The notes beneath the pieces were generated by a model. The model saw nothing but the letters and a program-made list of their open reading frames with translations, made no database searches and was not told the DNA's origin. Positions 39,597 through 49,589 of a stretch of DNA of 64,000 nt are shown piece after piece. The DNA comes from a virus. Positions within the stretch are counted from its first letter, which is position 1. Each line of letters opens with the position of its first letter. The translations under genes and the position numbers were made by a program. Where the stretch lies: positions 20,524-84,523 of the IMG/VR virus record IMGVR_UViG_3300018077_000007; one strand, written 5' to 3'.

Positions 39597-39839
39597 ATGG
39601 GTGCGTCTTTTTACTGGCAAGCTGTCTCGGGAACCGAGTTGGGCGTAGACGCTCCGAGCTCGTTTCTTATGATGTTGCGCAAGGCGTTCGGAAACGAGCC
39701 GTGGACCCTCACTACTTTCAGCATTGAGCGGCTTGAGGGGATGGCGGCGGCGGACGAAACGCATTTTGAAGCCCTGCATCGGCTCATAGATGCGATCCAC
39801 ACGCATGGGGCAATCCGGGTCTGGGGGGAATCACGATGA
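39597..39839 (+). CDS. Hypothetical protein
   Basis: Contiguous ORF. Confidence 0.6.
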   Translation: MGASFYWQAVSGTELGVDAPSSFLMMLRKAFGNEPWTLTTFSIERLEGMAAADETHFEALHRLIDAIHTHGAIRVWGESR

Positions 39840-40192
39840 ACGAGCACCTGTCCAAGCCGCAACTGGAGCTTCTTCGCGCGGCCTGTAGGGGCGAGGGCAA
39901 AGTCCGCCATTGGGGTACACTCCCCCGCACGCTTGAAATCCTCCGTAGCGCTGGCTACATCAAGAAGGATTTGGCGATTCGGGATGAGGTAGCGCGCGGC
40001 AAATTCCTCGAAGGGCAACGGACCATGATCGCGATGGCCTCTAAACAATTGGAGGCGGGCGATTGGCAAGGCGCACTGTCGTCCCTCCGATCAGCGGAGG
40101 ATGCCCAGCGGCAACTGGACCAGCAGGCCGATTGGATCACGGAGGCGGGGCGGGCGGTGGTGGTGGAGGCGTCTGCGCCAGATCATGCTTGA
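39836..40192 (+). CDS. Hypothetical protein
   Basis: ATGA overlap. Confidence 0.6.
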   Translation: MNEHLSKPQLELLRAACRGEGKVRHWGTLPRTLEILRSAGYIKKDLAIRDEVARGKFLEGQRTMIAMASKQLEAGDWQGALSSLRSAEDAQRQLDQQADWITEAGRAVVVEASAPDHA

Positions 40193-40355
40193 GCACGAGC
40201 GCATTGCCCTCAACCCCTGTGGATGCCGGAACGACAAGGTGACGGGGCTCTATACGTTCATCTGCCCGGCCCATGAAGGGGAGCGAGATGCCGCGCTTGG
40301 GCAAGCGCGGTTGAAACGGAAGACGCCGACTCAAGAGAGTGAGGGAACGCCATGA
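40185..40355 (+). CDS. Small Cys/His protein
   Basis: PCGC...CPAH; overlaps both neighbours. Confidence 0.5.
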   Translation: MLEHERIALNPCGCRNDKVTGLYTFICPAHEGERDAALGQARLKRKTPTQESEGTP

Positions 40356-40771
40356 GACCTCAAGACGCCAAAATTGGGACGCGGGTTCGTTCGCTCGTTG
40401 CGTTTTCGGGGGTTCCGCTCGGAACTGAGGACGTGATTGACGAGGATTACAGGACGGGCGTGACTATCGCATGGGACGTGCCGGAGCATCGGTTGCCGAC
40501 CGGCTATCGCATCTACGACGGCAGACCAGCGATTCAAAGCGGGATTCTCCGAGATGGATTCGACAAGGCCACGGCGTTGCATTATTTGGCCGTGGTGCTG
40601 CTCTGTGACATCTGCGGCCTCCGACTTTCTGAGGATGATGCCCTCGGGTGCTCTTTGGAGGGGTGTGACGCCTTCCTCTGCGGAAAGTGGGTTTGCGAGA
40701 CGGACCACCGGGACACCCATGGGGCAGGTCGGCAGTATGCCAGGGATGTACGCGGGAGGGAGAGGCCGTGA
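40352..40771 (+). CDS. Hypothetical protein with C-terminal zinc finger
   Basis: ATGA overlap; CDIC..C..C..C. Confidence 0.6.
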   Translation: MRPQDAKIGTRVRSLVAFSGVPLGTEDVIDEDYRTGVTIAWDVPEHRLPTGYRIYDGRPAIQSGILRDGFDKATALHYLAVVLLCDICGLRLSEDDALGCSLEGCDAFLCGKWVCETDHRDTHGAGRQYARDVRGRERP

Positions 40772-40941
40772 TGAAAACGAAGAAGTACGAGGCGCAAGTC
40801 GCGGAGATTCGCTGGCAGGAGCAGGAGTGGCGACTCGCCGTCACCGATGGGGCATTCACGCTTGTTGTGAATGACAAATTCAAACGCCGGGATGCGCTGG
40901 TGACAGCGATGCGGGCGTTAAGAAAAGGAGCGGGAAAATGA
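40771..40941 (+). CDS. Hypothetical protein
   Basis: GGAGAGG RBS; coupled on both sides. Confidence 0.55.
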   Translation: MKTKKYEAQVAEIRWQEQEWRLAVTDGAFTLVVNDKFKRRDALVTAMRALRKGAGK

Positions 40942-41555
40942 TTGACCGACGGCAACTAGAGGAAACGCTCCACGCCCGATTTGGCGGAGTGATTAGCTCG
41001 GGGTCCCACGCGCCAGACGGCCTCGGGTGCGCCCTGGAGGTCTGGTCGCAGGCCGAGGGGGTGGCGTGGACTGACAACCCGAGGGCGCTGGATCTGCCGG
41101 ATATTCGCCCGCTGAATGACGGTCCCTGGCCGTCGGACTCGCTACGCACGGAATGGATGGTCAACGTGCTCCACGCGGTTGTCCCAGCGTGGCGGCACGA
41201 CCGCGTGGGGTTTGCCCGGCGACTCGCGCTCGGGACGGTACGGGATCTGCTCCCGCCTCTCCTGAGGCGAATCGGGATGACGCAAGCGGCGGACGGCTGC
41301 GCGTCGGCTGCGGATTTGCCAGGCGCCAGGCACGCCGCCTGGCACGCCGCCAGGTACGCCGCCGACGCCGCCGCCGACGCCGCCGCCGCCAGGTACGCCG
41401 CCGCCGCCAGGTACGCCGCCAGGCACGCCGCCAGGCACGCCGCCGACGCCGCCGACGCCGCCGCCGCCGCCGGCAGGAGCGAGAGCGGCAGTACTATGCT
41501 GATCCGCGCGTGCCAGGTGTGGATCGCGGCGGCGGAAGAGGGGGAACGGAAATGA
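40938..41555 (+). CDS. Hypothetical protein with Ala-rich repeats
   Basis: AAGGAG RBS; CALE..WTDNP..LND motif; AARYAA/AARHAA repeats. Confidence 0.7.
   Translation: MIDRRQLEETLHARFGGVISSGSHAPDGLGCALEVWSQAEGVAWTDNPRALDLPDIRPLNDGPWPSDSLRTEWMVNVLHAVVPAWRHDRVGFARRLALGTVRDLLPPLLRRIGMTQAADGCASAADLPGARHAAWHAARYAADAAADAAAARYAAAARYAARHAARHAADAADAAAAAGRSESGSTMLIRACQVWIAAAEEGERK
41325..41472 (+). repeat. Low-complexity GCC-rich tandem repeats
   Basis: Irregular GCCGCCAGGYAC and GCCGCCGAC units within the CDS. Confidence 0.85.
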
Positions 41556-41600
41556 ATCCCGGCATTGTGATGAGAAAGCGAAACTCGCACGGGGGAACCC

Positions 41601-42509
41601 ATGAAACTCCTCACGACCCTTGATCGCGCGAAGTGGCTGGAGGCCCGGCAGCTTGGGATTGGCTCCTCGGATGCCCCGGTGCTGGTCGGGGCGAGCCGGC
41701 GGAAGAGCCTCCTCGAGCTCTACGCCGAGAAAGCCGGGCTCGTAGAAGACAGCACCGAAGAGACCGAGTTGATGGAGGCGGGCCTGGAGCTCCAGCCGGG
41801 GATCGGGCGCATGTTCGCCCGGCGCACGGGGCGGACGCTGATCGACGTGGCGCCGTGGACCGTGTATCAGAGTGCCGAGGAGCCCTGGGCGCTGGCTTCG
41901 CCGGACTTCTTCTGCGGCCCCGTCAACGGGCACGAGACTCCTGGGGGCGTCGAGGTGAAGTTCGTCACCTTCGTCCAGGGGGACGACTGGGACGAGGAGC
42001 CGCCGCTGGCCGCGCAGATTCAGGTCCAGCACCAGATGTACGTCTGCGAGCGGGACTGGTGGACCGTGGCGGGGCTCGTCCGGGGGAAGCTCAAATATGC
42101 CGACGTGGAGCGGGATGAGCGGTTCCTCAAGGTGTTATGCGGACTGGCTCGGGACTTTATGCGCCGGATCGAGTTGCAGGATCCGCCGACGCCGGACGCC
42201 TCCGAGTCGGCCCGCCGGATCCTGGCCGGGTTATTTCCCCGCGAAGCGATGGGCAAGGTGATCCCGCTCCCGCCCGAGGCGTGGACGTGGGATGAGCAGT
42301 ATGTCACGGCGACGGCGGACGAGAAGGACGCCAAAGCGCGGAAGGACGAGGCCGGGAACCAACTCCGGGCGTTGATCGGGGATGCCGAGCGCGGGGTCTT
42401 GCCGGGGGGCGGATCCTGGACCCTCAAGACTATCGAGCGGCACGAGCAACCTCGGGAGGCCCGCACGATTACCTACCGGGATCTCCGGCGGCATAAGGAG
42501 AAATCATGA
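41601..42509 (+). CDS. YqaJ/lambda-exonuclease family recombination nuclease
   Basis: WLEARQLGIGSSD, ASPDF, VEVK, QVQHQM. Confidence 0.9.
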   Translation: MKLLTTLDRAKWLEARQLGIGSSDAPVLVGASRRKSLLELYAEKAGLVEDSTEETELMEAGLELQPGIGRMFARRTGRTLIDVAPWTVYQSAEEPWALASPDFFCGPVNGHETPGGVEVKFVTFVQGDDWDEEPPLAAQIQVQHQMYVCERDWWTVAGLVRGKLKYADVERDERFLKVLCGLARDFMRRIELQDPPTPDASESARRILAGLFPREAMGKVIPLPPEAWTWDEQYVTATADEKDAKARKDEAGNQLRALIGDAERGVLPGGGSWTLKTIERHEQPREARTITYRDLRRHKEKS

Positions 42510-43708
42510 TAGGCGAACAGGACGAACCGAAAAAACCGGAAATCCGAGAACCCGAAGTGATCGAATCCTGGGGGAACCCGCTGGCGGCCCTGAACCGAGT
42601 GGAGATTGATATTCAGATCGCCACGGCCAAGCGGTGGCCGCGCTCCATTGGGCGGTTCAAGGAGCTCGTCCGCACCCTGGCCACGTTGGACGAGGAGACG
42701 GCGGGGAGTATGTTCTACGCCCTGCCCCGAGAGGGGCGGACTATTGATGGCCCGTCGATCCGGTTCGCGGAGATCGTCGGGTCGGCGTGGACCAACCTCC
42801 GGTACGGGGGGCGCATCATGGGGATTGACGAGCGGCACGTCACCGCGCAGGGGGCCGCGTTCGATCTCGAGAACAACCTGGCGTGCACCGTTGAAGTCAA
42901 GCGCCGCATCACGGACAAGCATAACCGGCGGTATTCTGACGACATGATTACCACAACGTCACAGGCCGCCATTTCGATCGCCCTGCGCAACGCCATCTTT
43001 CGCGTGGTGCCGTTCGCGCTCATCAAGGATGTCTACGAGGAAGCGCGGACGGCATCAATCGGCAAAGGCAAGACGATGGCGCAACGCCGCCAGCTCGCCG
43101 CCGACACGTTCGCCAAGTGGGGCGTCGCCCCAGACAAGATGTGCGCAGTGGCAGGCAAGGCTTCCCTCGACGATCTCGATGACGAGGCGTTGATCAAGCT
43201 GCGGGGGATCGTGACCGCGATCCGGGACGGGGAGACCACGATAGACGAGGTGCTCCGAGAGGTCCTCGCCCCGACCACGGAGGAGAAATCAAACGAAGCG
43301 AAAGGCAAACTCACCACGCTGACTGAGAAGCTCGAAACGGCCCAGGATCGACGATCTCCAGGGGGACCGGTGCCTTCCCCTCCCCCCCCCCTGGAAAGTC
43401 CAGCGGCGGTGCCGCAGGGGACCCCAGAGGTTAAGTCCGAGCCGAAGGCGGTCGAACCGCCTCCCGAAACCGGAGCGCCCCTTGACGCAGGCGGTCCCAG
43501 TCCAGAGCGGGACGCCGTGCTCATGGACATCACGGCCCTGATGGCCGAGATTCGACCCACGCCCGAGGAGGAACAATGGATGTGGGGAAAATACGGCGGC
43601 GGGATGGGGGAACCGGCACCCATCGAGCGGCTGGTGGCGATGCGCACCTATTTGCAGGGTGTGCTTGCGGCGGTGGCGGCGAAACGGCCAGCTGCGCGAA
43701 AGAAGTAA
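42506..43708 (+). CDS. Putative single-strand annealing/recombination partner
   Basis: EIDIQIATAKRWPRS, GPSIRFAE, SIALRNAI; coupled to YqaJ. Confidence 0.55.
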   Translation: MIGEQDEPKKPEIREPEVIESWGNPLAALNRVEIDIQIATAKRWPRSIGRFKELVRTLATLDEETAGSMFYALPREGRTIDGPSIRFAEIVGSAWTNLRYGGRIMGIDERHVTAQGAAFDLENNLACTVEVKRRITDKHNRRYSDDMITTTSQAAISIALRNAIFRVVPFALIKDVYEEARTASIGKGKTMAQRRQLAADTFAKWGVAPDKMCAVAGKASLDDLDDEALIKLRGIVTAIRDGETTIDEVLREVLAPTTEEKSNEAKGKLTTLTEKLETAQDRRSPGGPVPSPPPPLESPAAVPQGTPEVKSEPKAVEPPPETGAPLDAGGPSPERDAVLMDITALMAEIRPTPEEEQWMWGKYGGGMGEPAPIERLVAMRTYLQGVLAAVAAKRPAARKK

Positions 43709-43709
43709 G

Positions 43710-43847
43710 ATGCCCACGCACACGTTCACCCCCGGAGACATTCGCGCCCTGAAGCGGGCGAAGCAGTATGTGTCGTTTCCGATAGGAAAGACCGGGCGCT
43801 ATGAAGTGTTAAGCGCGAGCCTCGTCAACGGCAGGTGGCGGGCCTGA
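43710..43847 (+). CDS. Hypothetical protein
   Basis: Short contiguous ORF. Confidence 0.4.
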   Translation: MPTHTFTPGDIRALKRAKQYVSFPIGKTGRYEVLSASLVNGRWRA

Positions 43848-43859
43848 CCGTCGCTCGCC

Positions 43860-44072
43860 GTGGCGGTGCGCCACGGATGCCAGATGAACCCCAAACATCT
43901 TTTTCAAGATAAGAAAGCGTCAGATATTTTCGATACATGGATCGCGGCGGTGGCCCGGTTGCTGAAATATCACAGCACCGATGCGTATAACGACGCCTGT
44001 CGCCTGAATCGCACCGAGGTCATTCGCCGGATCACGGCCCTCCCGGTGCGGACGTATACGATCAGGGGGTAG
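43860..44072 (+). CDS. Hypothetical protein
   Basis: ORF in operon. Confidence 0.45.
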   Translation: MAVRHGCQMNPKHLFQDKKASDIFDTWIAAVARLLKYHSTDAYNDACRLNRTEVIRRITALPVRTYTIRG

Positions 44073-44074
44073 CC

Positions 44075-44284
44075 GTGCCGGGCTTTACGAGATTTCAGGA
44101 GTCCGCCCCGGCGCGCCCCACCCTCTGGCCTCCAGCCTTTGGACTCGGCCAGCGGATCGGGGAATCGGCCCGGCGGTTGAATCTGTCCTATGCGGACGCC
44201 AAGGCGAAGGTGCAGGTGAGCCGGGCGCGGGGGCTCCGGCGGGCGCGCCAGGCGATGCGCGCCAAGAGAATGAAGAGAGAATGA
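44075..44284 (+). CDS. Hypothetical protein
   Basis: ORF in operon. Confidence 0.45.
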   Translation: MPGFTRFQESAPARPTLWPPAFGLGQRIGESARRLNLSYADAKAKVQVSRARGLRRARQAMRAKRMKRE

Positions 44285-44550
44285 TGCGGCGCGAATTCAC
44301 GATTGAGCCAGCCGATTGGGCCGAACTTGTTCGCCTCTCGCATGAGGCTCTGAACATGCCGGTCATGGCGTTATCCCTTGCCGATGGCCTCGCGGGGCGT
44401 GATTTCGCGTCGCAGGCGAGAGAAGCTGTCATGCGCGTGTGGAGCCGGCTTGGCCGGAAATATGGATTCCACGAAGACACGACTGAACCTGTGAATGAGT
44501 CTGAGCGACGCATTTCCGCTATCGTTCGGGAACCGGATAGTGCTTTCTGA
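44281..44550 (+). CDS. Hypothetical protein
   Basis: ATGA overlap. Confidence 0.6.
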   Translation: MMRREFTIEPADWAELVRLSHEALNMPVMALSLADGLAGRDFASQAREAVMRVWSRLGRKYGFHEDTTEPVNESERRISAIVREPDSAF

Positions 44551-44660
44551 TGCCGAGGCTGAGGGTTATGTCACCACGCTGCTCCAGCACTTCGCAGCAG
44601 CACGGGCGGGCGCGGAGTAGCGCAGAGGAATAGAGATGTCAACTACCACTGCCCAGCCGG

Positions 44661-45098
44661 ATGAGTGATATGGACTGGAAAACAGCAGAAGGCCAAGTTG
44701 TCGAACTGAAGTACGAGCTTGCCGAGGCGCTGGCAGAAGTCACACGCACGAATCAGCAACTTCGAGAGCACGATTTCAAAATCAATGAGTTGACTGCCTC
44801 CCTCCGCACTCTCACCGCGCAGGTAGGGGCGATGCGGTCCCTGTTGGAACGAGTCCGCACAGCCGAGGACCCCAAGGAATACTTGTCTAATCTTAAGGCG
44901 GTTCTTGGGTCGTCCGACGCCGGTCTTTCCCTCCTCCAGGTGGTGGAGGCGGCGCAGGCATTTATGGCCCAGAGCTTTTTAGATCACGATCAGGACCAAC
45001 GCAGGATTTCCATCATCCGAGGCAGCGGGTATGCGGAATTAGCAGCCGCCATCGCCGCGCTCCAGCGGGAGCCGGGATGGGAGAAGATCGGTGCCTGA
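44661..45098 (+). CDS. Coiled-coil hypothetical protein
   Basis: Heptad-rich ORF. Confidence 0.6.
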   Translation: MSDMDWKTAEGQVVELKYELAEALAEVTRTNQQLREHDFKINELTASLRTLTAQVGAMRSLLERVRTAEDPKEYLSNLKAVLGSSDAGLSLLQVVEAAQAFMAQSFLDHDQDQRRISIIRGSGYAELAAAIAALQREPGWEKIGA

Positions 45099-45537
45099 CC
45101 CTCTTGACCTCGACGCGATCAAGGCGTACTGCGAAGCGGATCAGCCAGGCGGTTCAAGCTGGATCAACTTCTTAGGGTGTGCGCGCCGCGATCTCCCCCG
45201 CTGCCTGGACGTGATCGAGACGATGCGGGAGGCGCTGGCAAAAATAGAGCGGTGGCCTATCGGGGATGAGGCCGGAATCCGGGAGATGTGTCGGGTCGCC
45301 CTTGCGCTCGTGAAGGATGGGGGTAAAAACGTGAGCATGGCAACGCTGGAACGAGCTATCGTGGTTGAAGCCCGGAAAGTGCTGAAGAATCCAAAACTGC
45401 GGATCAAGGACATCATGGAGTGGTCAACCAGCAAGATGAAAGAGAATGACGGGGAGATTATCATTCGCGTTGACGATCCAGGTGTCTACGTCGCCGTGAA
45501 GCGGGAACATGACCATCGAAAGCAGAAAAACTCCTGA
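45091..45537 (+). CDS. Hypothetical protein (paralogous N-terminus with 45629-45913)
   Basis: MPDPLDLDAIKAYC..ARRDLPRCLDVIE. Confidence 0.6.
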   Translation: MPDPLDLDAIKAYCEADQPGGSSWINFLGCARRDLPRCLDVIETMREALAKIERWPIGDEAGIREMCRVALALVKDGGKNVSMATLERAIVVEARKVLKNPKLRIKDIMEWSTSKMKENDGEIIIRVDDPGVYVAVKREHDHRKQKNS

Positions 45538-45628
45538 TGCCAACGTGTAAACGCTGTGCCGTTCGGTCGATCTGCTGGCTCTGCTGGGGTTGTGCGAAGC
45601 ACTGTTGCCGGGGCAAAGGAGGCTCCTG

Positions 45629-45913
45629 ATGCCTGAGCCTTTCGACCTCGTGGCGATCAAGGCGGACTGCGCAACCCCGGCGGAAAAGATGGCTGGGTGG
45701 AAAGCTCATGACATTGCTCGATTTGCCTTCCGCGCCCGCACCGACCTCCTCCATTGCGTGGCGGTGATCGAGGCGCTGCAGGAGGCGCTCATGCAAGTGC
45801 TCAGTATCACGGCAGAATGGCCTGCCGACTTCACTGATCGGGACTACATTCAGATGCGCCAATCAGTCCGGGCTACCCTCGGGCTCGTGCGGGGGGGGGG
45901 GAAGCATGACTGA
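45629..45913 (+). CDS. Hypothetical protein (paralog of 45091-45537)
   Basis: AAGGAGG RBS; MPEPFDLVAIKADC..ARTDLLHCVAVIE. Confidence 0.6.
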   Translation: MPEPFDLVAIKADCATPAEKMAGWKAHDIARFAFRARTDLLHCVAVIEALQEALMQVLSITAEWPADFTDRDYIQMRQSVRATLGLVRGGGKHD

Positions 45914-46166
45914 GTCTACGCGGAGGAGGAGGGTCACGAGCATCACGCTTGACCACGATACCCTCGTGCTGGCGAAAATCGTGGCTGCGAAGAGGGGGTG
46001 GCGAATCTCCCGGCTGATGGAGAATGCCATCCTCCTGTTTTGCAAGGGCTGTGAAGAGACGACAACGCAGGCCATCGTGCGAGAAGCAGAGAGGTCGGCG
46101 GCGCATAGAGATCAACAGGCGTCTATTGCCGCTCGCCTGTGCGTGAAGGAGACTCCGGATGCCTGA
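45906..46166 (+). CDS. RHH-like DNA-binding protein
   Basis: VTSITLDHDTL..AK..A...ISRLMENAI. Confidence 0.55.
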   Translation: MTESTRRRRVTSITLDHDTLVLAKIVAAKRGWRISRLMENAILLFCKGCEETTTQAIVREAERSAAHRDQQASIAARLCVKETPDA

Positions 46167-46380
46167 GCCGTATCGGTATTGTCAATAGCGGAGTTCTTGG
46201 ACTCAGAGATGGCGGTGTTCGTGGAAGAGGGCGGGGTTCGTTTCGACAATGCCGGACCGATTCCTGCCAAGCAAGTGAAACGGCTCGTTATCTGGCTAGA
46301 GCGGTATCTGATGGCCACGGAAGGTTTTGGGTGGCGATAGTGATGCGACGGTGGCGAGGCCACAAGAAAGTGCCCGACTA

Positions 46381-46782
46381 GTGTCCGTCAATACGAGCGC
46401 CAAGGGTCGTCGCCTGCAAACCCTGGCCAAGCACGCGCTCGAAGCGAGAGGCTACCGGGTGGAGGTGGCTCGAAATGTGGTCCGATGGATTCCCACGAAA
46501 GCTCGGACGGCGCTTGGTCGCCTTGATGCGCCCAGTCACCCGATCTCCACCCATCACGATCTCTTCACTCTCTGGGATCTTCTCTGGTGCCGGGAGGACG
46601 GGGTACTGGGGCTCGCGCAGGTCACGACGCTGGAGAACCTGTCGCATCGACGGAAGAAAATCCTGGCCGACGGATTCCCCCTGACCCCGCAGTGCTGGAT
46701 TCTCGCCTACGTCGGGGGGCGGGGCGCGCATTTCCGGCTCTACCGCCCGCCGTTTGAGGCGTGGGAGGAGACGGTTCGATGA
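46381..46782 (+). CDS. Holliday-junction resolvase-like PD-(D/E)xK nuclease
   Basis: KGRRLQ..LEARGYRVE..DLFTLWDLL..LAQVT. Confidence 0.65.
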   Translation: MSVNTSAKGRRLQTLAKHALEARGYRVEVARNVVRWIPTKARTALGRLDAPSHPISTHHDLFTLWDLLWCREDGVLGLAQVTTLENLSHRRKKILADGFPLTPQCWILAYVGGRGAHFRLYRPPFEAWEETVR

Positions 46783-47150
46783 CGAGGCATGTGCGGCGTA
46801 TCTAGTAGGCCGATGAGGGAACCTCCTAAAAGGCATGTCACACCGGACTGGAAAAGGCGAACGAGAGGCTAGAAAACGGAGCAGCAGGAATCGGCGCCGC
46901 AGCGTCGAACTCCTGCCACCCGTTGCGGGGTGGACGCCGCTGAAGCTCGGGCGCAAGAAGATGCGGGCGCTGTGGAGATCCCGCATCGGCACCAGTCACG
47001 GGAAATATGTGGCATGACGGGCATACGGGTGACCGAGGCCGAACGTCGGATCGCGAGGCGAACCAGGGAGCTGTCCATTGTCAGCGCCTCGTCCGCACAT
47101 GCTCTTCTCCCGACCCTCCCCCGGTGGTGGCGGCACGACGAGGCGGGCGC

Positions 47151-47828
47151 GTGAGTAAGTTACACGACTATCTCTTCTACGAAGAGCCGAAGATCATGCT
47201 GTACTGCGGCGATTCGGGGGAGATTCTTCCGATGCTACCGGCGCTCGGCACGATCATCACTGACCCGCCGTATGGTATCGGTTATCGCTCGAATCACAAC
47301 AGCTCTCGGAAAGGGACCTGGGCGCGCTGGGTTCGATACGAAAACATGCCTGGCATTGTCGGCGACGATAAGTCTATCGACCCATCCATGATTCTGAAAT
47401 GGGATCGAGCCGTGATCTTCGGCGGTCAATATCTTGCCGATCGGCTCCCGCCCTCGCGCTGCTGGCTTATATGGGACAAACGCGACGGCATCGGACCGAA
47501 TAATCAAGCCGATTGTGAACTGGCCTGGACGAACCTCGACAAACCGTCTCGCCTTTATCGGCATCTCTGGTCAGGACTGCTCCGGGCTGGAGAAGAAAAT
47601 GTGGCTCTGACTGCGAAGCTGCATCCGCATCAGAAACCGGTGGCCCTCATGGAATGGATCATCCAATACGCCGACGCCGCCCCGCCGATCATCGATCCCT
47701 ATTCAGGCAGTGGCTCGACTCTGGTTGCAGCAAAACGGCTCGGCTATACGGCCATCGGCATCGAAATTGAGCCGACGTACTGTGAGATTGCGGTAAAGAG
47801 GCTTCGCCAAGAAGTACTCCAGTTGTGA
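47151..47828 (+). CDS. DNA amino-methyltransferase (N6A/N4C, beta class)
   Basis: IITDPPYG, HPHQKP, IDPYSGSGST. Confidence 0.92.
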   Translation: MSKLHDYLFYEEPKIMLYCGDSGEILPMLPALGTIITDPPYGIGYRSNHNSSRKGTWARWVRYENMPGIVGDDKSIDPSMILKWDRAVIFGGQYLADRLPPSRCWLIWDKRDGIGPNNQADCELAWTNLDKPSRLYRHLWSGLLRAGEENVALTAKLHPHQKPVALMEWIIQYADAAPPIIDPYSGSGSTLVAAKRLGYTAIGIEIEPTYCEIAVKRLRQEVLQL

Positions 47829-47867
47829 CTTTCCAGCGGCGTCGAGGGCGAGGGAGGAAGTTCGATA

Positions 47868-48785
47868 ATGCAAGAAGACGTGCTCGCAATCAGCTTGTGC
47901 GCTGGCGTGGGCGGTCTTGACCTTGGCTTCCACCAAGCGTGGAAAAACATCCGCACGGTCGCATATGTCGAATTCGACCCGTTCTGCCAGGACATCCTCC
48001 TTCGGCGTATGGACGACGGACGGCTGGATCGTGCCCCGATCTATCCTGACCTCCGCACGTTCGACGGAACTGCTTGGTGCGGACTGGTTGACCTCGTATA
48101 TGGCGGCCCTCCGTGCCAGCCGTTTTCCGTGGCTGGAACGCGAAGAGGCGCAGGAGACCCACGGAACCTCATCCCCGACACGCTCCGAGTCATCCGAGAA
48201 TGTCGGCCCGCAGTTGTCTTTTTGGAAAATGTGTCTGGTGCGCTGCCGTACTTCTTCCATGACGTGTTGCCCGAGTTACACGGCATGGGCTACACCACTC
48301 AGACGCGACTCGTTACGGCGGCAGAAGTCGGCGCGCCGCACAAGCGGCAGCGGATCTTCGTCCTGGCCCACCGCGAAGGTGTCGTCGGGGGCTTATCAGT
48401 ACGGTGCCCACAAAAATCCGATTCTGAATCTGGACGGGGCAGCTCGGTTCTGGCCACAACCCAAGGCAACCGACTGGAAGGACGCGCGACGCTCGGCGAA
48501 TCGGGGCGGGAAACAATTACCAGAAGAGGCTCGTCTCTGGCTCACGCCCGACGTACCGAACGGGGGGCGGGTCAAGAGGCCGGGGCAATCCCGCCTTGGC
48601 CACCAGGCCCCTCGGAGCGGGATCAGTGGGCCGCCATCCTCGCCCGCTGGCCCGAGCTCGCGCCGGCAGTGGCAGACACCAAGCGCCCAGAAATTCACCA
48701 AGCGGCGGCAACACGGAAGCAGCGAACGAAACGAGGAACTACTGCCGATTCAGGCGCAAATGGGAAATCCGAAACTTCGCCTTAA
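47868..48785 (+). CDS. C5 cytosine methyltransferase, motifs I-VIII
   Basis: SLCAGVGG, GGPPCQPFS, LENV, HKRQRIF. Confidence 0.9.
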   Translation: MQEDVLAISLCAGVGGLDLGFHQAWKNIRTVAYVEFDPFCQDILLRRMDDGRLDRAPIYPDLRTFDGTAWCGLVDLVYGGPPCQPFSVAGTRRGAGDPRNLIPDTLRVIRECRPAVVFLENVSGALPYFFHDVLPELHGMGYTTQTRLVTAAEVGAPHKRQRIFVLAHREGVVGGLSVRCPQKSDSESGRGSSVLATTQGNRLEGRATLGESGRETITRRGSSLAHARRTERGAGQEAGAIPPWPPGPSERDQWAAILARWPELAPAVADTKRPEIHQAAATRKQRTKRGTTADSGANGKSETSP

Positions 48786-48936
48786 TCCTAAATTCGTTTC
48801 CTGGCTCCAAGGCTTCCCGCTGGACTGGCTGGAGGGGAGCCACATGAACCAACTGAAGGCCCTCGGGAATAGTTGCGTACCCGCGCAGGCGGCGGAAGCG
48901 TTTCGGATGCTGTGGGCGGTGGAGCCCCGTGGCTGA
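47917..48936 (+). CDS. Overlapping-frame C5 MTase part (WPTP-like repeats, motifs IX-X); true start unknown
   Basis: WPTAK, FWPQP, LWLTP, WQTP, then LNPKFVSWLQGFPLDW..LKALGNSCVP. Confidence 0.7.
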   Translation: MTLASTKRGKTSARSHMSNSTRSARTSSFGVWTTDGWIVPRSILTSARSTELLGADWLTSYMAALRASRFPWLEREEAQETHGTSSPTRSESSENVGPQLSFWKMCLVRCRTSSMTCCPSYTAWATPLRRDSLRRQKSARRTSGSGSSSWPTAKVSSGAYQYGAHKNPILNLDGAARFWPQPKATDWKDARRSANRGGKQLPEEARLWLTPDVPNGGRVKRPGQSRLGHQAPRSGISGPPSSPAGPSSRRQWQTPSAQKFTKRRQHGSSERNEELLPIQAQMGNPKLRLNPKFVSWLQGFPLDWLEGSHMNQLKALGNSCVPAQAAEAFRMLWAVEPRG

Positions 48937-49246
48937 CCTGATCCGGTGGCGGCGGCAGCGGATTCGGATCTCGCTGCAGGACGGCGACTCGCCAGAGGTG
49001 CCCGCGTGGGTGGCCAAGGGCTTAGCCGTCCATTTCCTGCGGGGACGGGACCATGTGCCGGGATGGCGCGTCACCCACGTAGACAGCGGCCAGGGCATCC
49101 AGCCGTGGGGCCTGACGCGCGCCCGGGCGTTCGCTTTTGCGCGGGCGTTGCTGCGAGTAGGAGAGTGGCAGCAGGACGCCGAGCACGTCTTCGGATACAA
49201 AGCCCGCGCTATGCGGGTGCGCAAGCGGATCTTTGGGCATGCCTGA
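48929..49246 (+). CDS. Hypothetical protein
   Basis: GGAG RBS; GLAVH..WRVTHVDSG motif. Confidence 0.6.
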   Translation: MADLIRWRRQRIRISLQDGDSPEVPAWVAKGLAVHFLRGRDHVPGWRVTHVDSGQGIQPWGLTRARAFAFARALLRVGEWQQDAEHVFGYKARAMRVRKRIFGHA

Positions 49247-49589
49247 CGCGAACGGCTACCCGATTGGAGAAGGTTCATTCGATTGGAATGAACTCCGCGA
49301 ATCTGGCAGGAGGTTTGGCCGACCTGCGAGTTACGGCTGGCGTGTATTCAACCAGCCAAACCCTGCCATGTTTAAGATTGGCCATGGGTTGAAGCGCGGG
49401 ATGTATCAAAAGAACGGCCAACTCGGGGATGGGTATTCGGGCCGCGTCTCGTGTTACCGGGGCACACAAAACCACAGCGGCAAAACTCTACCGCGTGTTA
49501 ACAATAGAGCGCATGAGGCGCGGCCTCGGGCCGATGGTAGTGGTACGTTATCTTTTTTCAGCTTGACCCGAGGAGCCCTTTCTTGTGGC

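Noticed and set aside
41325-41472. Second guide-like array
   Set aside because: Irregular GCC microsatellite encoding Ala-rich sequence with no fixed period or spacers
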